Source: Octopus bimaculoides
Lineage: Eukaryota
Reading direction: 5' to 3'
NCBI RefSeq assembly: GCF_001194135.2
Contig: NC_068987.1
Coordinates: 6,051,383-6,115,382, forward strand
Length of the DNA stretch: 64,000 nucleotides
Shown here one piece after another: positions 62,993-64,000 of the stretch. The notes beneath the pieces were generated by a model. The model was not told the origin of the DNA. It did no database searches and saw only the letters and a program-made list of their open reading frames with translations. Numbering within the stretch: the stretch's first letter is position 1; every line of letters begins with the position of its first letter. Both the position numbers and the translations under genes were made by a program.

Positions 62993-63130
62993 CAAAAGCC
63001 AATTAAATGTTATCTAAAGAACATGATGTCCTCGGGAAACGTTGGTTCTCTAAGAATGCATGTTATATATCTAAATAGTGATGTGAAATATTTGTTGCAT
63101 AAACTCTCTTCTGTGTCTCTATAACTTGTA

Positions 63131-63394
63131 CGAAGGGGTGCTGAAGAGTTCATGGCTCTGAGTAAAAGAAAATAAAGGAGGATCAGTTAATTATGATTTT
63201 ATTCAACATATTCCCCTCTCAGATTGACTCACTCACTGCAGCGGTCGTTCAGTATTTCTAAACCCTGTAAAAGAACTCGAAAGGGTGAGCTTCTAACTAG
63301 GCCTTTCGCGACACCCTTAAAGCCAGGAATNNNNNNNNNNAACTAGGCCTTTCGCGACACCCTTAAAGCCAGGAATATTTTAGCACACCCTCAT
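63131..63394 (-). mobile_element. internally deleted mariner element (same family as 42169-42363)
   Basis: TA|CGAAGGGGTGCTGAAGAGTTC...; contains a 10-N gap with a 36-bp artefactual duplicate. Confidence 0.85.
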
Positions 63395-63424
63395 GTGTGT
63401 GTGTGTGGGGGGGGTCGTGTGTGT

Positions 63425-63650
63425 GTGTGTTCGTCCATGACACCACGGTTTTCCACCTGGTGTCGATCGATTTCTTCCCGTTCCATGACTTAATTGTTCG
63501 GCGATAGAGGATGATAGAATAAGCAACAGAATATTATTTTTAAATCCAGGGTTGATTTATTCGACTAAAACTCTTTCAGGCGGTGGCTTCAGCATGGCCG
63601 CAACCCAATGACAGTGCAACAAGTAAAAGATAAAAGATAAAAGATAAAAG
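63425..63650 (+). mobile_element. SINE family A, 3' half (old) following GT repeat
   Basis: gggttgatttattcgactaaaa...ggcggtggcttcagcatggccgca...acaagtaaaagataaaagataaaag. Confidence 0.8.
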
Positions 63651-64000
63651 ATTGAAGACAGAAGATAGTATTCATCCTATTTCATATCTTGATATAAAAT
63701 TTAAAACATAAAAAGTTTACATCTGCAATGTAGAAATAAGCATGAACTCTCTCAGTGCTTCTCTAGTTCTTTGTCGCTTTATCTAAGGTTAAGATTCTTC
63801 AGCAAAAATGTTATAATCGAAAAAAAATAAATGTTATAATCTTACTAACATTCTATCATCTGAGACGTTTAGATATTTTCTAGCAATACTGATAAAATCA
63901 TCACAAAGATATCTGAATAAAAATACTGTAGCGTATGTAAAGCTAGGCGGGTTTTATGATAAAACATAATATAATTATATATATGCATATATATGTATAT

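Larger units (their letters stand above)
2729..63340. other. assembly gaps (15 N-runs)
   Basis: 2729-2803, 7128-7323, 20613-20622, 28841-28937, 30283-31012, 31582-31779, 33105-33442, 37337-37444, 45790-46410, 47541-47733, 50423-51067, 51907-52854, 55753-56161, 57984-58241, 63331-63340; most abut (TA)n. Confidence 0.98.

Noticed and set aside
63295-63376. Perfect 36-bp duplication inside the mariner MITE
   Set aside because: Same 10-N gap artefact.

Overview
AT-rich, repeat-saturated animal genomic DNA from a gapped short-read scaffold (15 N-runs, most flanked by (TA)n). The SINE complement and microsatellite load resemble an octopod cephalopod, probably Octopus; this is inferred from memory of such repeats, not from a search. 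I find no host protein-coding gene I can name, and no rRNA, genuine tRNA gene or CRISPR array. Nearly all ORF-track entries are microsatellite or N artefacts. The window holds four tRNA-headed SINE-like families (my labels A-D), several with 9-19 bp target-site duplications. It also holds fossil transposases (two Tc1/mariner fragments, one with DD41D spacing, and one mariner C-terminus), a ~1.2 kb decayed Helitron PIF1-helicase, a decayed RTE-like LINE fragment, several MITEs and one candidate TATA/Inr promoter with a first coding exon (~43.0-43.4 kb). The most interesting signal is family D: a tRNA-like Pol III head fused through (AAT)n to a 3' module carrying a minimal Penelope-type hammerhead ribozyme fold (intact cores at 2337-2382 and 43673-43718), with inverted 5' structures like those of Penelope insertions. 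Two unrelated hammerhead motifs also occur: a fully canonical one at 39226-39271 and a core variant at 15252-15288. Ribozyme activity and mobilisation route are inferences that need testing.
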